Assembly: GCA_963835065.1 (NCBI GenBank)
Contig: CAWIEK010000034.1
Span: 26,970 to 90,969 of the forward strand
Source of the DNA: an uncultured Chthonomonadaceae bacterium
GTDB lineage: Bacteria; Armatimonadota; Chthonomonadetes; Chthonomonadales; Chthonomonadaceae
Length of the DNA stretch: 64,000 bases
Direction of reading: 5' to 3'
Shown here in pieces: positions 44,036-54,542 of this stretch. Position numbers and translations under genes: made by a program. Each line of letters begins with the position of its first letter. The first letter of the stretch is position 1. The notes beneath the pieces were generated by a model that was not told the origin of the DNA, did not search any database, and worked only from the letters and a program-made list of their open reading frames with translations.

Positions 44036-45778
44036 CTACTCCTCTTCCGCCTCGTCTTCCAATTCGACACTGTTGATGTCGAACTCTTCTTCGGCTTCGG
44101 TGTCGCGCTGTTCGCGCTTGCTGCGGCGGGCGGCGGCAAAGGCTTCGCCCAACTGGTTGAAGCGCGGCTCGTCGGGTCGCGGCGGCGTGAAGCGCGGGCC
44201 GAAGTCTTCTTCCGCTTCGCGTCCGCGTCCGGCGCGTTCGCGCTTTGGCGCGGCAGTGGTTCCCGCTTCGCCCGCAGGGCGCGGTTCGCGGGGCGGGCTT
44301 CCCGCTTCGCCAGTGGGACGGGGTTCGCGGTTCGCTCCGGCTTCTCCGGCTGCGCGGGGCGGGCGCGGGGCTGCCGGTTCCTGCTCTTCGGGCGGCAGCA
44401 GGGCTTTCAGCGACAGGGTCATTTTGCGCTCTTCGGCGCGCAGGCTGATGATCTTGACTTCGACCACTTCGCCCTGAACCACGTCTTTGCCCGGCTGGCC
44501 GCCGCGATTGCGCGGGATTTCCGAGTTGGGGATGATGCCTTCAACATCGCCCTCAATCTGCACGAACGCGCCAAAGGGAACGCGGCGCGTCACCGTGCCG
44601 GAAATCACGTCGCCCTCATTATAACGCTTGCCGACTTCCACCCAGGGATCGGGCAGAATGTCGCGCAGGCCGAGGGAAACGCGGTTGCTTTCCAAATCCA
44701 TTTTCAGGATTTTGACATCCAGTTCCTGGCCTTCGCGCAGCACTTCTTTGGGGTCATTGATGCGCGTCCACGACATTTCGGAAATGTGGAGCAGGCCGTC
44801 AATGCCGCCCAGGTCAATGAACGCGCCGTAGTTGGTCAGGCGGCGCACCACGCCATGCCGAATCTGTCCCGGCTGCAGGCTGGATTTGGTTTCCTGGCTT
44901 TTGGCCTGGCGCTCCTCATCCACAGCGGACTTGTTGGACAGGACGACCTTGCGGCGCTCCTTGTCCACTTCGATCACCTTGAGCGGAATGGACTGGCCTA
45001 CGTACTTGTCCAGATTGGTTTTCAGGCTGCCGTTGCCGACATGGGACGCGGGCACGAAGCCCCGAATTCCCAAATCCACCACAAGCCCGCCCTTGACGCG
45101 ATCCGTGACCAGTGCCGTCAGGGTTTCGCCGCTGTCTTTGGCCTGCTGTACCTTGTCCCACGCCTGCTCGAAGTCCGCGCGCTTTTTGGAAAGCACGGGG
45201 ATGCCGTCCTGATTTTCCGGCTCGATGACGTAGACCTTGATTTTATCGCCGACTTTGACAACGTCTTCGGGGTTGAGATTGCCGTCCCGCGACAACTCGT
45301 TGGGGCGGATGATGCCCTCGGACTTGGCGCCCACATCTACCAGTACGCCTTCGCGGCGATCTACGCGCATGACCGTGCCCGTAATCACCTCGTTTTCGCG
45401 CAACTGCTGCAGGGAGCGGTCGTATTTCTTGCCCATCCCCAGCGCCTGCATTTCCGCTTCAAAGGCGTTGGCATCCTCATCCGCCGCGCTCAGGCTACCC
45501 TGCCCGTTGCCTGCCGCAGACGCGCTCCCGTTTTGAACGGGCGCGTCGGGGGTAAGCGGGGCCGGGGTTGCATCGGCAATGTCGGCAGTCGGGGAAGTCG
45601 CCGGGTCGGATGCGGCGACGGGTTGGACCGGAGCCGGTTCATCCGTCACTGCGGCTCCGGCAGCAGCGGTGGAAGAGACGGGCGTCGCCACAGCGCCGGG
45701 CTGGCCCTCCTCATGGCCGTTACCCAACTCCACACCGGCGACCGGGTTCGTCTTTTCCTGAACCATCTCGTCAGACAT
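44036..45778 (-). CDS. rpsA: 30S ribosomal protein S1 (4 S1 domains, disordered ends)
   Basis: LVDVGAKSEG, GIRGFVPAS, YGAFIDLGGIDGLLHISE, FGAFVQI. Confidence 0.93.
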   Translation of the reverse strand: MSDEMVQEKTNPVAGVELGNGHEEGQPGAVATPVSSTAAAGAAVTDEPAPVQPVAASDPATSPTADIADATPAPLTPDAPVQNGSASAAGNGQGSLSAADEDANAFEAEMQALGMGKKYDRSLQQLRENEVITGTVMRVDRREGVLVDVGAKSEGIIRPNELSRDGNLNPEDVVKVGDKIKVYVIEPENQDGIPVLSKKRADFEQAWDKVQQAKDSGETLTALVTDRVKGGLVVDLGIRGFVPASHVGNGSLKTNLDKYVGQSIPLKVIEVDKERRKVVLSNKSAVDEERQAKSQETKSSLQPGQIRHGVVRRLTNYGAFIDLGGIDGLLHISEMSWTRINDPKEVLREGQELDVKILKMDLESNRVSLGLRDILPDPWVEVGKRYNEGDVISGTVTRRVPFGAFVQIEGDVEGIIPNSEIPRNRGGQPGKDVVQGEVVEVKIISLRAEERKMTLSLKALLPPEEQEPAAPRPPRAAGEAGANREPRPTGEAGSPPREPRPAGEAGTTAAPKRERAGRGREAEEDFGPRFTPPRPDEPRFNQLGEAFAAARRSKREQRDTEAEEEFDINSVELEDEAEEE

Positions 45779-45826
45779 ATACAATCCACTCCTCTCGGCG
45801 CGGTCCGCGCGTCCGGTAAAGCCGGA

Positions 45827-46714
45827 TCAGGCGGAAGCCGCGACTGGTTGACACTGGGGGCAGAAGGTGGTGCCTCGCCCATGAAAGGTTATTTTTTGGA
45901 GGCTTTCCCCGCATGTCGGACAAGGGAAGCCGGGACGATCATACACTTGCTGACTTGACAGTCCCTCAAACGTTTCCAAATTTTCGCCCGCCGCCATCAA
46001 ACGCTGCACGGTGATGCCGCTTTCGCGGACGGCTCCGCCCAATACGGCGACAATCGCTTCCCGCAATCGCGCCACTTCTTCCACAGACAGGCTGTTGGCG
46101 GGGCGGGACGGATGCAGGCCGGCCCGGTGCAGGCTGTCGTCGCAATAAATGTTTCCCAATCCGGCCACAACGCGCTGTCCAAGCAGCAGGGGCTTGATGG
46201 GAGTACGATGCTTTTTCAGCGCCCAAATCAGGAATGGAGTCGTAAATTCCGCATCGAACGGCTCGATTCCCAACTCGTCCAGTCCGGCAATTCCGGTCAG
46301 CTGCGGGTCGGGCGGCACAAGCCACCACTCTCCCCAGCGCCACATATCATAAAATCGCAGTTCGCGCCCGTCTTCCAGGCGCAACACCCCGCATAAATAC
46401 TTACCAGGAATCGAACCGCCGGGTTCCACGCGCATCCCGCCGCGCATCCGCAAATGAATTACCAAACGGCTTTCGCTGCGCTCGGCGCTCGGCTCTATAT
46501 CCGGGTTCACGCATGTGCGCAATGCAAACAACAGATACTTGCCGCGCCGTTCAATGCCTTCGATTTCGCGCCCCGTCACTTCGGCCTGAAACTCGGACGC
46601 AGTTTTGTTGCGCAGAATTACCGGGGAAGGGAAACAAGCATCCACAATACGCGCGTGGGTGACGTGGTGTGCAAGCAGTTGACGCAGCGACTCGACTTCG
46701 GGCAATTCAGGCAT
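45827..46714 (-). CDS. mutM: formamidopyrimidine-DNA glycosylase
   Basis: MPELPEVE, RRGKY, GLGNIY, C-terminal CPTC..CPQC zinc finger. Confidence 0.95.
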   Translation of the reverse strand: MPELPEVESLRQLLAHHVTHARIVDACFPSPVILRNKTASEFQAEVTGREIEGIERRGKYLLFALRTCVNPDIEPSAERSESRLVIHLRMRGGMRVEPGGSIPGKYLCGVLRLEDGRELRFYDMWRWGEWWLVPPDPQLTGIAGLDELGIEPFDAEFTTPFLIWALKKHRTPIKPLLLGQRVVAGLGNIYCDDSLHRAGLHPSRPANSLSVEEVARLREAIVAVLGGAVRESGITVQRLMAAGENLETFEGLSSQQVYDRPGFPCPTCGESLQKITFHGRGTTFCPQCQPVAASA

Positions 46715-46829
46715 GAAAACACCGGCCAGGCAGGACTATTCCTCGCTTTTACAGTTTCTAACAGGCTATTATAGCATGATTCGCAGCAAACAACAAAATT
46801 TTGATTGATTTGCGACCTGTGCGAAAAAA

Positions 46830-48140
46830 TTATTTTACAGATTTTGCCCCCGGAATGGCTTCCACGTAGGTTTCCGTGTGCGGCAAGCCCGGCAGCGTGG
46901 TTCGCGCGGCGTCCGAATCGAGGAACGGATGCTCGGCTGACCGGCGCATCCCAAGCCAGTAGCGGCGTATCATCACGCGGGCAATGGACGCAATCGGAGC
47001 GGCAAAGAACATCCCAAGCAAGCTGCCAATCGTGCCGCCGATGAGCAGACCGCCGATTTCGCCGCCCGCGATTAAAACCACAATGATAATGACCGGATGC
47101 AGTTCCATGCGGTCGCCGATCAGTTTGGGCATGATGAACTTGCTTTCGGCGAAGTGCAGGAACGTGAAAAAGCCCAGAACCGCCAATGCGGTTCCCGGCC
47201 CCTTGCTCACCAGCGTCAAGAGGACAATCGGGATGCCGCCGATAATCGGGCCGATGATGGGAATAGCGCGGGTAATTCCCGCGAGTACGCCCATGACAAA
47301 CGGGTATTGCACCTGCAAAGCCGCCAATCCCACGCCGACGACAACGCCTGCCAGGGCGCACAAGATCACCTGCCCTACCACAAAGTCGCGCATGATGCGG
47401 TTGAACTCGTTGACCATACGCATGGCTTCGCGCAAATGGCGGCGCGGCAATAAAGCCATAAATTCGTGCTTCAGTTTGCGCCCGTCAATCAAAAAGTAAA
47501 AGGCCAGAACCGGCAGCACGACCACTTCCACAATGTTTTTGGCGCTTTCCAGCGCCTTCTGCCCCGCCGCCGCCGCTATGCCCTGCGCCATGCCGGCAAA
47601 GTCTATTTTCTTGATTTGTTCGCGCACTTTGTCAGATTTACGCCAGTCAGGGGCGTCGTCATCGTACTCTTCCAGCCGGTCATTTATCTTGTCCGTGATG
47701 TCCTGGATATTGACCGGGCTGGTGGCGATTTTGATTTCCGACACAAACGGCGTGACGATCAGCCGCGTTCCCCACCACAGCCCGAACACGGTCAGCACGA
47801 ACACATACAGCGTGGCGTACACCCGCAAAACGTGCCGATGGACCCGAACGCGGCCCTGGGGTGTGACAAGCTGATGGTACATCACGCGCCGGTACGTAAT
47901 CTGACAATGCGTTCCCAGCCGGGTAATGGCTTCATGCACCCGTATAAACCATTCCCGCCGGCACAGCCAGTCCACAGGGGGATTCAGCGTATACGCGATA
48001 ATCGCCCCGATGAACACAGTCGTAATGATGTTGCGCAGGCGGTAGCAGGCGTACAAAACCACGCCGATAACCACCAGGCGCATCAGAAAACGCCATGCCG
48101 CACCCAACGTATTTTCCGCGCGTCCGGCTGAACCGAGCAT
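46830..48140 (-). CDS. AI-2E family (PerM-like) membrane protein
   Basis: AYTLNPPV, FYFLIDG, IPIIGP, ESKFIMPKLIG..LHP. Confidence 0.9.
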   Translation of the reverse strand: MLGSAGRAENTLGAAWRFLMRLVVIGVVLYACYRLRNIITTVFIGAIIAYTLNPPVDWLCRREWFIRVHEAITRLGTHCQITYRRVMYHQLVTPQGRVRVHRHVLRVYATLYVFVLTVFGLWWGTRLIVTPFVSEIKIATSPVNIQDITDKINDRLEEYDDDAPDWRKSDKVREQIKKIDFAGMAQGIAAAAGQKALESAKNIVEVVVLPVLAFYFLIDGRKLKHEFMALLPRRHLREAMRMVNEFNRIMRDFVVGQVILCALAGVVVGVGLAALQVQYPFVMGVLAGITRAIPIIGPIIGGIPIVLLTLVSKGPGTALAVLGFFTFLHFAESKFIMPKLIGDRMELHPVIIIVVLIAGGEIGGLLIGGTIGSLLGMFFAAPIASIARVMIRRYWLGMRRSAEHPFLDSDAARTTLPGLPHTETYVEAIPGAKSVK

Positions 48141-48157
48141 GGGGGGTCTCCTTCGGG

Positions 48158-48278
48158 AGTAGACGGTAGACGGTAGACGGTAGACGGTAGAATACAGGCT
48201 TTACCTGAAAACGCAGCAGCAAACAGGTGGCGCTTGCGCATTGTTCTACTGTCTACTGTCTACCGTCTACCGTCTACC
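48158..48278. repeat. inverted heptamer arrays (GGTAGAC)n ... (GTCTACY)n
   Basis: 48158-48191 and 48244-48278. Confidence 0.9.
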
Positions 48279-48282
48279 TCCT

Positions 48283-50958
48283 CTACATTCGCCGTCGTCG
48301 CGTCGGCTGCTTGCGAACGGTTGTTGTCGGACGCGCGCCGGGGGAGCGGTCAGTACGAGTGACGGCATCATCGTCGCCAATGGTTTCCCCATCGTCCGAT
48401 TCTTCGCTGCTATCGCCGTTTGTGGTGGCTCGGCTTGTGGTGACGGTCGGGCTTGTTGTGGACGCGCCGCCGTTAGCTGGCAGGACGGGCGTGGCGGGCG
48501 CAGAACCGACGGGCGTAATCGAGCGGTCTTCCAATTCACCCCGGCGGGCGCGCTCCTGCAGGGTTTGCGGGGCGCGGTTGGGCGTTCCGGCTTTGGAGGG
48601 ACCGGCCACGATGGGCGCGATGTCCTTGCTTTTTGCCATGACGAGAAGGACGCTGGCGTTGAAAATAGACGAGTAGGTTCCACTGACGATACCGATGAGC
48701 AATGCGCCCGCGAACTGGTGAATCACCACGCCGCCGAACAGGAACAGGGCGAGCAGGGTCATAACCACTGTCCACGAGGTTTTGATGCTGCGCCCGATGG
48801 TCTGGTCAATGCTGCGGTCGGTCAAGTCTGAAAAGGATTCGCCCAGGCCGCGATGGTGCAGGTTTTCGCGCACCCGATCAAAAACGATGATCGTGTCATG
48901 CACGGAAAAGCCGATAACCGTCAGCATGGCCGTGACGAACAGGCTGTCCACCTGCCAGCCGAACAGCTTGCCCATGATGGCGAACGATCCCCACAATACC
49001 AGAACGTCGTGCAGGAGGGCGACAACCGCGCAGGTTCCGTACTTCAAGCCTTCCTTGAACCCGCCGATGGAGAACCGGATCGCGAGGTATAGGACGATGA
49101 ACACAGACGCGAAAATCACCGCTTCGATGGCGTTGACGGTTAATTCCTTGCTGATGGTTCCGCTGACATTGGAAAACGGCACGTCGGTTACGGCAAGCTG
49201 TTTGCCATTCACTTTGTCGAGCGGCCCAACCTGCTTCACCAGCGTGTTGAGCAGTTTGAGACGATCCGGCTCATCCAGGCGTTCGGTTGTTATACTTGCC
49301 TGATGCTGGAATGTCTGCTTGGGGTCTTCCGAAATGACGACGCGGTTGTCCTTGAACTTGTCGCCCAGGGAGGACACAACTTTGCTGATTTCATCGGGGG
49401 AGTGGCGAGACGCGAACGCGATCTGCTGCTCCGTGCCGCCCGTAAAGTCAATGCTCTGCTTGATGCCGTTTATCGGAGGCGCCCAGAAAATCAGGCCGGG
49501 CACGATGATGGCGAGAGACAGGCCAAGCCAGAGCCACTTGCGCTTCATGACGTTGAAATGCTTGATGTGCGCTTCGCCCGCCACGCCGAACACGCCGGGA
49601 TTGTCGCCCAGGTTGGTGTTGACGAGCGCGAACAAGAACGTGCGCGTAACCGCAATGGCCGTAAACATGCTGACCACGACGCCCAATCCGAGCGTCAGCG
49701 CGAAGCCGCGTATGGGACCCGTTCCAAACTCGTACAAAATGCCGCAGGTGACAATGGTACACACATTGCTGTCGAAAATGGCCGTAAACGCGCGCTTGAA
49801 TCCGGCGTCAATGGCGGAACGCAGGTTCTTGCCGCTGCGCAATTCTTCTTTGAAGCGCTCGAAGATCAGGATATTGGCGTCTACCGCCATGCCGATGGAC
49901 AGGATAAATCCGGCGATACCAGGCAGGGTGAGCGTAATCGGCCAGAGTTTGAACAGGGCAAGGGAAAACAGCGCGTACAAAATGAGCGCGAAGTTGGCGA
50001 GCAGGCCGGGCAACCGATACCAGAACAGCATAAAGACAAGCACGAGCGCCAGGCCGACAATGCCGGCGACAAACGTGGTGTGAACCGCTTCCTGCCCCAG
50101 TGTGGCTTCCAGTTTGCGGACTTCCACTTCCTCCAACGCTACCGGCAATGCGCCCGCGTTGAGTTGGTCGGAAAGGGATTTGGCGGATTCGAGCGTGAAA
50201 TTGCCCGTGATCTCGCCCTTACCGGCAATCATGCTGTGAATCGCCGGGGCGGACAGCAGGCGTTTGTCCAAAAAGATGGCGAGGAACTTGCCGACGTTGT
50301 TGCGGGTCACTTCCTGAAAGCGCTCTTTGCCTTCGCCTTTGAGTTCAAAAGCGATGGTCGCTTCGCCGTTGGAAGGGTTGGGCTGCGCGCTGCTGGCCGC
50401 GAGGTCGCCCCCGGCGGCAACGGGGTCCTGGCTGAACACTTCTTCCTGCAGAATTTCGAGGGGAACGGGCTGGCCGTTCTGCGCGAAAACAAGGGTTTCC
50501 TCTTCCGCGCCTGATACCGGGTTCTTCACGCTGGCAACGCGCCATTTGGCGGGCAAGCGTCCGTCCTTGTCGCCCAATTGCGGCAATAAATAGAATTGCA
50601 GGCTGGCGGTAGACTGGAGCGATCTGCGGACATCGGCCTCGTTTTTCAGGCCGGGCAGTTCGATGATGATCTGGTCGGGCTTTTTGGTGATGATCTGCGG
50701 TTCCGCAACGCCGGTGGCATTGACGCGGTTTTCCAGCACCTTGCGCACGGCTTCCAGGTTGGTGTCCGGGTTCCACTTGCCCTTGTACTCCTCGGTCTTG
50801 GCGCGCAGCACGACCCGCGCGCCGCCCTGGATGTCCAGGCCGGTGCGGAAGGGGATGTTGCCCAGGCCGGGCAAACGGTTGCGAAACGTGATTGTGGCCG
50901 CCAAAACGGTCAGGACGAGGATGAACAGGAGCATCCCGCGATTCTGCTTGCCAGTCAA
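48283..50958 (-). CDS. secDF: protein translocase SecDF fusion
   Basis: GLDIQGG, GMAVDANILIFER, IDFTGG, GFSVHDTIIVFDRVRE. Confidence 0.95.
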   Translation of the reverse strand: MTGKQNRGMLLFILVLTVLAATITFRNRLPGLGNIPFRTGLDIQGGARVVLRAKTEEYKGKWNPDTNLEAVRKVLENRVNATGVAEPQIITKKPDQIIIELPGLKNEADVRRSLQSTASLQFYLLPQLGDKDGRLPAKWRVASVKNPVSGAEEETLVFAQNGQPVPLEILQEEVFSQDPVAAGGDLAASSAQPNPSNGEATIAFELKGEGKERFQEVTRNNVGKFLAIFLDKRLLSAPAIHSMIAGKGEITGNFTLESAKSLSDQLNAGALPVALEEVEVRKLEATLGQEAVHTTFVAGIVGLALVLVFMLFWYRLPGLLANFALILYALFSLALFKLWPITLTLPGIAGFILSIGMAVDANILIFERFKEELRSGKNLRSAIDAGFKRAFTAIFDSNVCTIVTCGILYEFGTGPIRGFALTLGLGVVVSMFTAIAVTRTFLFALVNTNLGDNPGVFGVAGEAHIKHFNVMKRKWLWLGLSLAIIVPGLIFWAPPINGIKQSIDFTGGTEQQIAFASRHSPDEISKVVSSLGDKFKDNRVVISEDPKQTFQHQASITTERLDEPDRLKLLNTLVKQVGPLDKVNGKQLAVTDVPFSNVSGTISKELTVNAIEAVIFASVFIVLYLAIRFSIGGFKEGLKYGTCAVVALLHDVLVLWGSFAIMGKLFGWQVDSLFVTAMLTVIGFSVHDTIIVFDRVRENLHHRGLGESFSDLTDRSIDQTIGRSIKTSWTVVMTLLALFLFGGVVIHQFAGALLIGIVSGTYSSIFNASVLLVMAKSKDIAPIVAGPSKAGTPNRAPQTLQERARRGELEDRSITPVGSAPATPVLPANGGASTTSPTVTTSRATTNGDSSEESDDGETIGDDDAVTRTDRSPGARPTTTVRKQPTRRRRM

Positions 50959-50982
50959 AACGAACCTCCGGTATCAGGGGAG

Positions 50983-51096
50983 GGTATTCAGGTATTCAGG
51001 TGTTCAGGTGTTCGGTGTACAGGTTTGGGAGGCGCTGATGCGGCAAATACCCAATCCTGAATACCTGAATACCTGAATACCTGAATACCTGAATAC
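50983..51096. repeat. inverted octamer arrays (GTRTTCAG)n ... (CTGAATAC)5
   Basis: About 50983-51020 and 51047-51096. Confidence 0.9.
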
Positions 51097-51385
51097 CCCG
51101 AAAGTGCAAATACGTCCTTACATTATAAACGGCATGGGAGGGAATGTCAAGGTGAGGGGCATACGCCGTAGGGCAAGCGCATATTAATCTCATTTTAGCG
51201 AACACGCAAATGCCGATGAGACAGGAAAAATACGTCGCGCGCCGCCCCTGACATCCTGTGGAACCTTTGCGCTTCCAATAAAGGTATAATCAATCGCTGA
51301 CAATGGCAATGCCGCACTCCAAATAGAGCGGCGTGGCACGGGTCTGCAGCAATTTGATTGTCCGACAATTCGCTCAATTTCTCTT

Positions 51386-52291
51386 ATGAATTCTTATCGC
51401 CTAACCCATCTGAAAGAACTCGAATCCGAGTCTATTTATGTGCTGCGGGAAGTGGCCGCGCAATTCGAGCGCGCCGCGCTGCTATTTTCCGGCGGCAAAG
51501 ATTCCATTGTCCTGAGCCATCTCGCCCGCAAAGCCTTCTGGCCCGCCAAAATCCCGTTTGCTTTGCTGCACATAGATACGGGGCACAATTTCCCGGAAGC
51601 CCTTGACTACCGGGATCGCTGGGTGGAACAAATCGGGGCCAGGCTGATTGTCCGCTACGTTCAAGACTCGATTGATTCGGGTCGCGCGGTGGAAGAAAAA
51701 GGCCCGAATGCCAGCCGCAACGTGCTGCAAACCATTACGCTTTTAGACGCGCTGGAAGAACTCAAAACCGACGCGGCCATTGGCGGCGGCAGGCGCGACG
51801 AGGAGAAAGCCCGCGCCAAAGAGCGGTTCTTTTCGCACCGGGACGAGTTCGGACAGTGGGACCCGAAAAACCAGCGCCCCGAACTGTGGAACCTGTTCAA
51901 CGGCAAAAAGCACATCGGTGAGCATTTCCGCGTTTTCCCCATCAGCAATTGGACGGAAATGGATGTATGGCAGTATCTGTATCAGGAAAAAGTGACGATG
52001 CCGAGCCTGTACTTCACGCATCAGCGCGAATGTGTCAACCGCAACGGCGTTCTGCTGGCGCAATCTACCTACCTGCCGCCCAAAGCGGGTGAAACGGCGC
52101 GTGTCTATCAGGTGCGCTTCCGCACCATTGGCGACATGACCAACACGGGCGCGATCCTTTCCCCGGCGAGTACGATGGAAGAGATCATTCAGGAAGTGGC
52201 CGCAAGCCGCACGACGGAGCGGGGCAATCGCGCCGATGACCGGCGCTCCGAAGCGGCAATGGAAGACCGCAAGAAGGAAGGGTATTTCTAA
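51386..52291 (+). CDS. cysD: sulfate adenylyltransferase subunit 2
   Basis: LFSGGKDS, RRDEEKARAKER, RPELW, KKEGYF. Confidence 0.97.
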   Translation: MNSYRLTHLKELESESIYVLREVAAQFERAALLFSGGKDSIVLSHLARKAFWPAKIPFALLHIDTGHNFPEALDYRDRWVEQIGARLIVRYVQDSIDSGRAVEEKGPNASRNVLQTITLLDALEELKTDAAIGGGRRDEEKARAKERFFSHRDEFGQWDPKNQRPELWNLFNGKKHIGEHFRVFPISNWTEMDVWQYLYQEKVTMPSLYFTHQRECVNRNGVLLAQSTYLPPKAGETARVYQVRFRTIGDMTNTGAILSPASTMEEIIQEVAASRTTERGNRADDRRSEAAMEDRKKEGYF

Positions 52292-52388
52292 GCAGTTGAT
52301 AGTTGATAGTTAGTAGTTGATAGAGATGCAGGAGCGACGAACTTTTAGCGCTCCATTGCCTGGGAGTATTTGTCGGGAAAGGAATTCT

Positions 52389-53736
52389 GTGGTAACTGAC
52401 ACAGCGATAGAGGATTTTTCCAGTACCAGTTATCTGGATATGGAACTGTTGCGCTTCACAACGGCGGGGAGCGTGGACGACGGCAAAAGCACGCTTATCG
52501 GGCGGCTGCTGTACGACAGCAAATCCATTTTTGACGATCAGTACGACGCCATCAAAGCGTCTTCGGAAACGCGGGGGGAAGAGCATGTCAATCTCGCCCT
52601 GCTCACGGACGGGCTGCGGGCCGAGCGGGAACAGGGCATTACCATTGATGTCGCGTACCGCTATTTCGCCACGCCTAAGCGCAAATTTATCATCGCGGAT
52701 ACGCCCGGACATATCCAATACACGCGCAACATGGTCACGGGCGCTTCTACGGCCAACCTCGCTATTATCCTCATAGACGCGCGCAAGGGCGTTATCGAGC
52801 AGACGTGCCGCCACGCGATTATTGCCAGCCTGCTGCGCATCCCGCATATCGTGGTTTGCGTCAACAAAATGGATTTGGTGGATTTTCAGGAGGACGTGTT
52901 CCAGAAGATACGGCGCGAGTTCGATGCGTTTTCGGCGGGACTGGCGGTTGTGGACGTTCGCTTCATCCCCATCAGCGCCCTGCTCGGCGATAACGTCGTG
53001 GAGCGTTCGCAGCATACGCCCTGGTACGACGGCCCGACCCTGCTTTCCGTTCTGGAAACCACGCACATCAGCAGCGACTTGAATCTCACCGACACGCGCC
53101 TGCCCGTGCAGTACGTGATTCGCCCGCAATCCGCCGAGTATCCCGATTATCGCGGGTATGCGGGGCGCATTGCGGGCGGCGTATTCCGGCAGGGCGATGC
53201 GGTCAAGGTATTGCCGTCCGGTTTAACGTCGCGTATTAAATCGCTGGATACTTATGAACAGCAGCATGATGAGGCGTTCGCGCCCATGTCGGTGACAATC
53301 ACGCTGGAAGATGACATAGACATCAGCCGGGGCGATATGATCGTGGGCGCGGACGAAGCGCCGCAGGTGTCGCAGGATATTGAACTGATGGTGTGCTGGA
53401 TGGGCGAAAAGAAACTGGCGCTTGAACGCCCGATACGCGGTGAGGCACACGACCAAAGAGGTTCGCGGCGTTGTCAAGGACATCAAGTACAAACTCAACA
53501 TCAGCAATCTGGAAGAAATCCGCGACGATAAAAACGTCAACATGAACGACATCGCCCGTATTACCCTGCGCACCACGCAGCCGCTCGTCTTCGATCCCTA
53601 CAGCCGCAACCGCGCCACCGGCAGCCTGATTCTAATTGACGAGTCCACGAACACAACCGTCGGCGCAGGCATGATTATCCAGACCCCGCCTCCGCCGCTT
53701 CCAAATTCGACAGGAGAAACAGACTACTCCATTTGA
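52389..53736 (+). CDS. cysN: sulfate adenylyltransferase subunit 1; apparent frameshift near 53425
   Basis: [33 protein letters not shown]-terminal [15 protein letters not shown] in ORF 53422-53736. Confidence 0.93.
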
Positions 53737-53775
53737 CAGCAAGACCTACATTTGTATTGAAGGGGAACAGAGGAT

Positions 53776-54237
53776 ATGCCCGACGTGCATTTTACAGCAC
53801 GAAATTACCTGATTGCGGCTCAGGAACATTTAGGATTAGCAGCTGCGTTGCTGCGAGGAAATCACTATTCTGTGGCGCATTACTTCGCCGGGGTAGCTGT
53901 TGAATGCATTCTCAGAGCACATAGCGTTTCACCGAGTGGAACCTTTGACAGCAGCCATAGCATTGAATATTGGGCGCGCAAATCTAATCTACTGCCGGGT
54001 GGTACAGAAGAGGCGAAAACTGAGTTTCGCGCTGCATTAGATGAAGTAAATGCCAGATGGCGAGCCAACCAACGGTATATGACTGCGAAAATGATGGATG
54101 CCTATTTGCATTCCACCGGACTTGACAAAATACGCGGTGACAGAATCAAATACAGCAGTAAGCGCCTGTTTGAACTTGCGAACAGTGTTGTCGAAGTAGG
54201 AGTAGAAAAATGGAAACCGAGACCACAAAGCGGATAG
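53776..54237 (+). CDS. HEPN-domain protein
   Basis: A..HL..A..LL....YS.AHYFAGVAVECILRA..SHSI..W...RY helical pattern. Confidence 0.7.
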   Translation: MPDVHFTARNYLIAAQEHLGLAAALLRGNHYSVAHYFAGVAVECILRAHSVSPSGTFDSSHSIEYWARKSNLLPGGTEEAKTEFRAALDEVNARWRANQRYMTAKMMDAYLHSTGLDKIRGDRIKYSSKRLFELANSVVEVGVEKWKPRPQSG

Positions 54238-54473
54238 AGTCTCTTTTGCGTCGTGAATTGCCTGAAGCCACAATCAACATCACGCAGGATGAAGATGCAG
54301 GCATAATCGGCGGACGGGTAATTTGGCGCGGGTTCGAGGGGTCTACAAAACTGCAGCGGCAGAACCGTATCTTTGGTTTGCTGCGCCGGGATATGACAAC
54401 TGCGGAAGCCAGAAGTATAGGCTACATATTCACCTATACGCCTTCGGAGTACGAGCAAGCCGTTGCTGTATAA
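54210..54473 (+). CDS. small BolA-like protein overlapping the HEPN gene
   Basis: AGGAG RBS; I..LL...LPEA.I..VIW.GFEG..L.RQ.RI..LL..FTYTPSEY. Confidence 0.6.
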   Translation: METETTKRIESLLRRELPEATINITQDEDAGIIGGRVIWRGFEGSTKLQRQNRIFGLLRRDMTTAEARSIGYIFTYTPSEYEQAVAV

Positions 54474-54542
54474 TCCATTGGAACAGAACTTGTCCAGATA
54501 GTTCTAAAACAACAGCATTGCAGAAATGTCACGCCGGAATGG

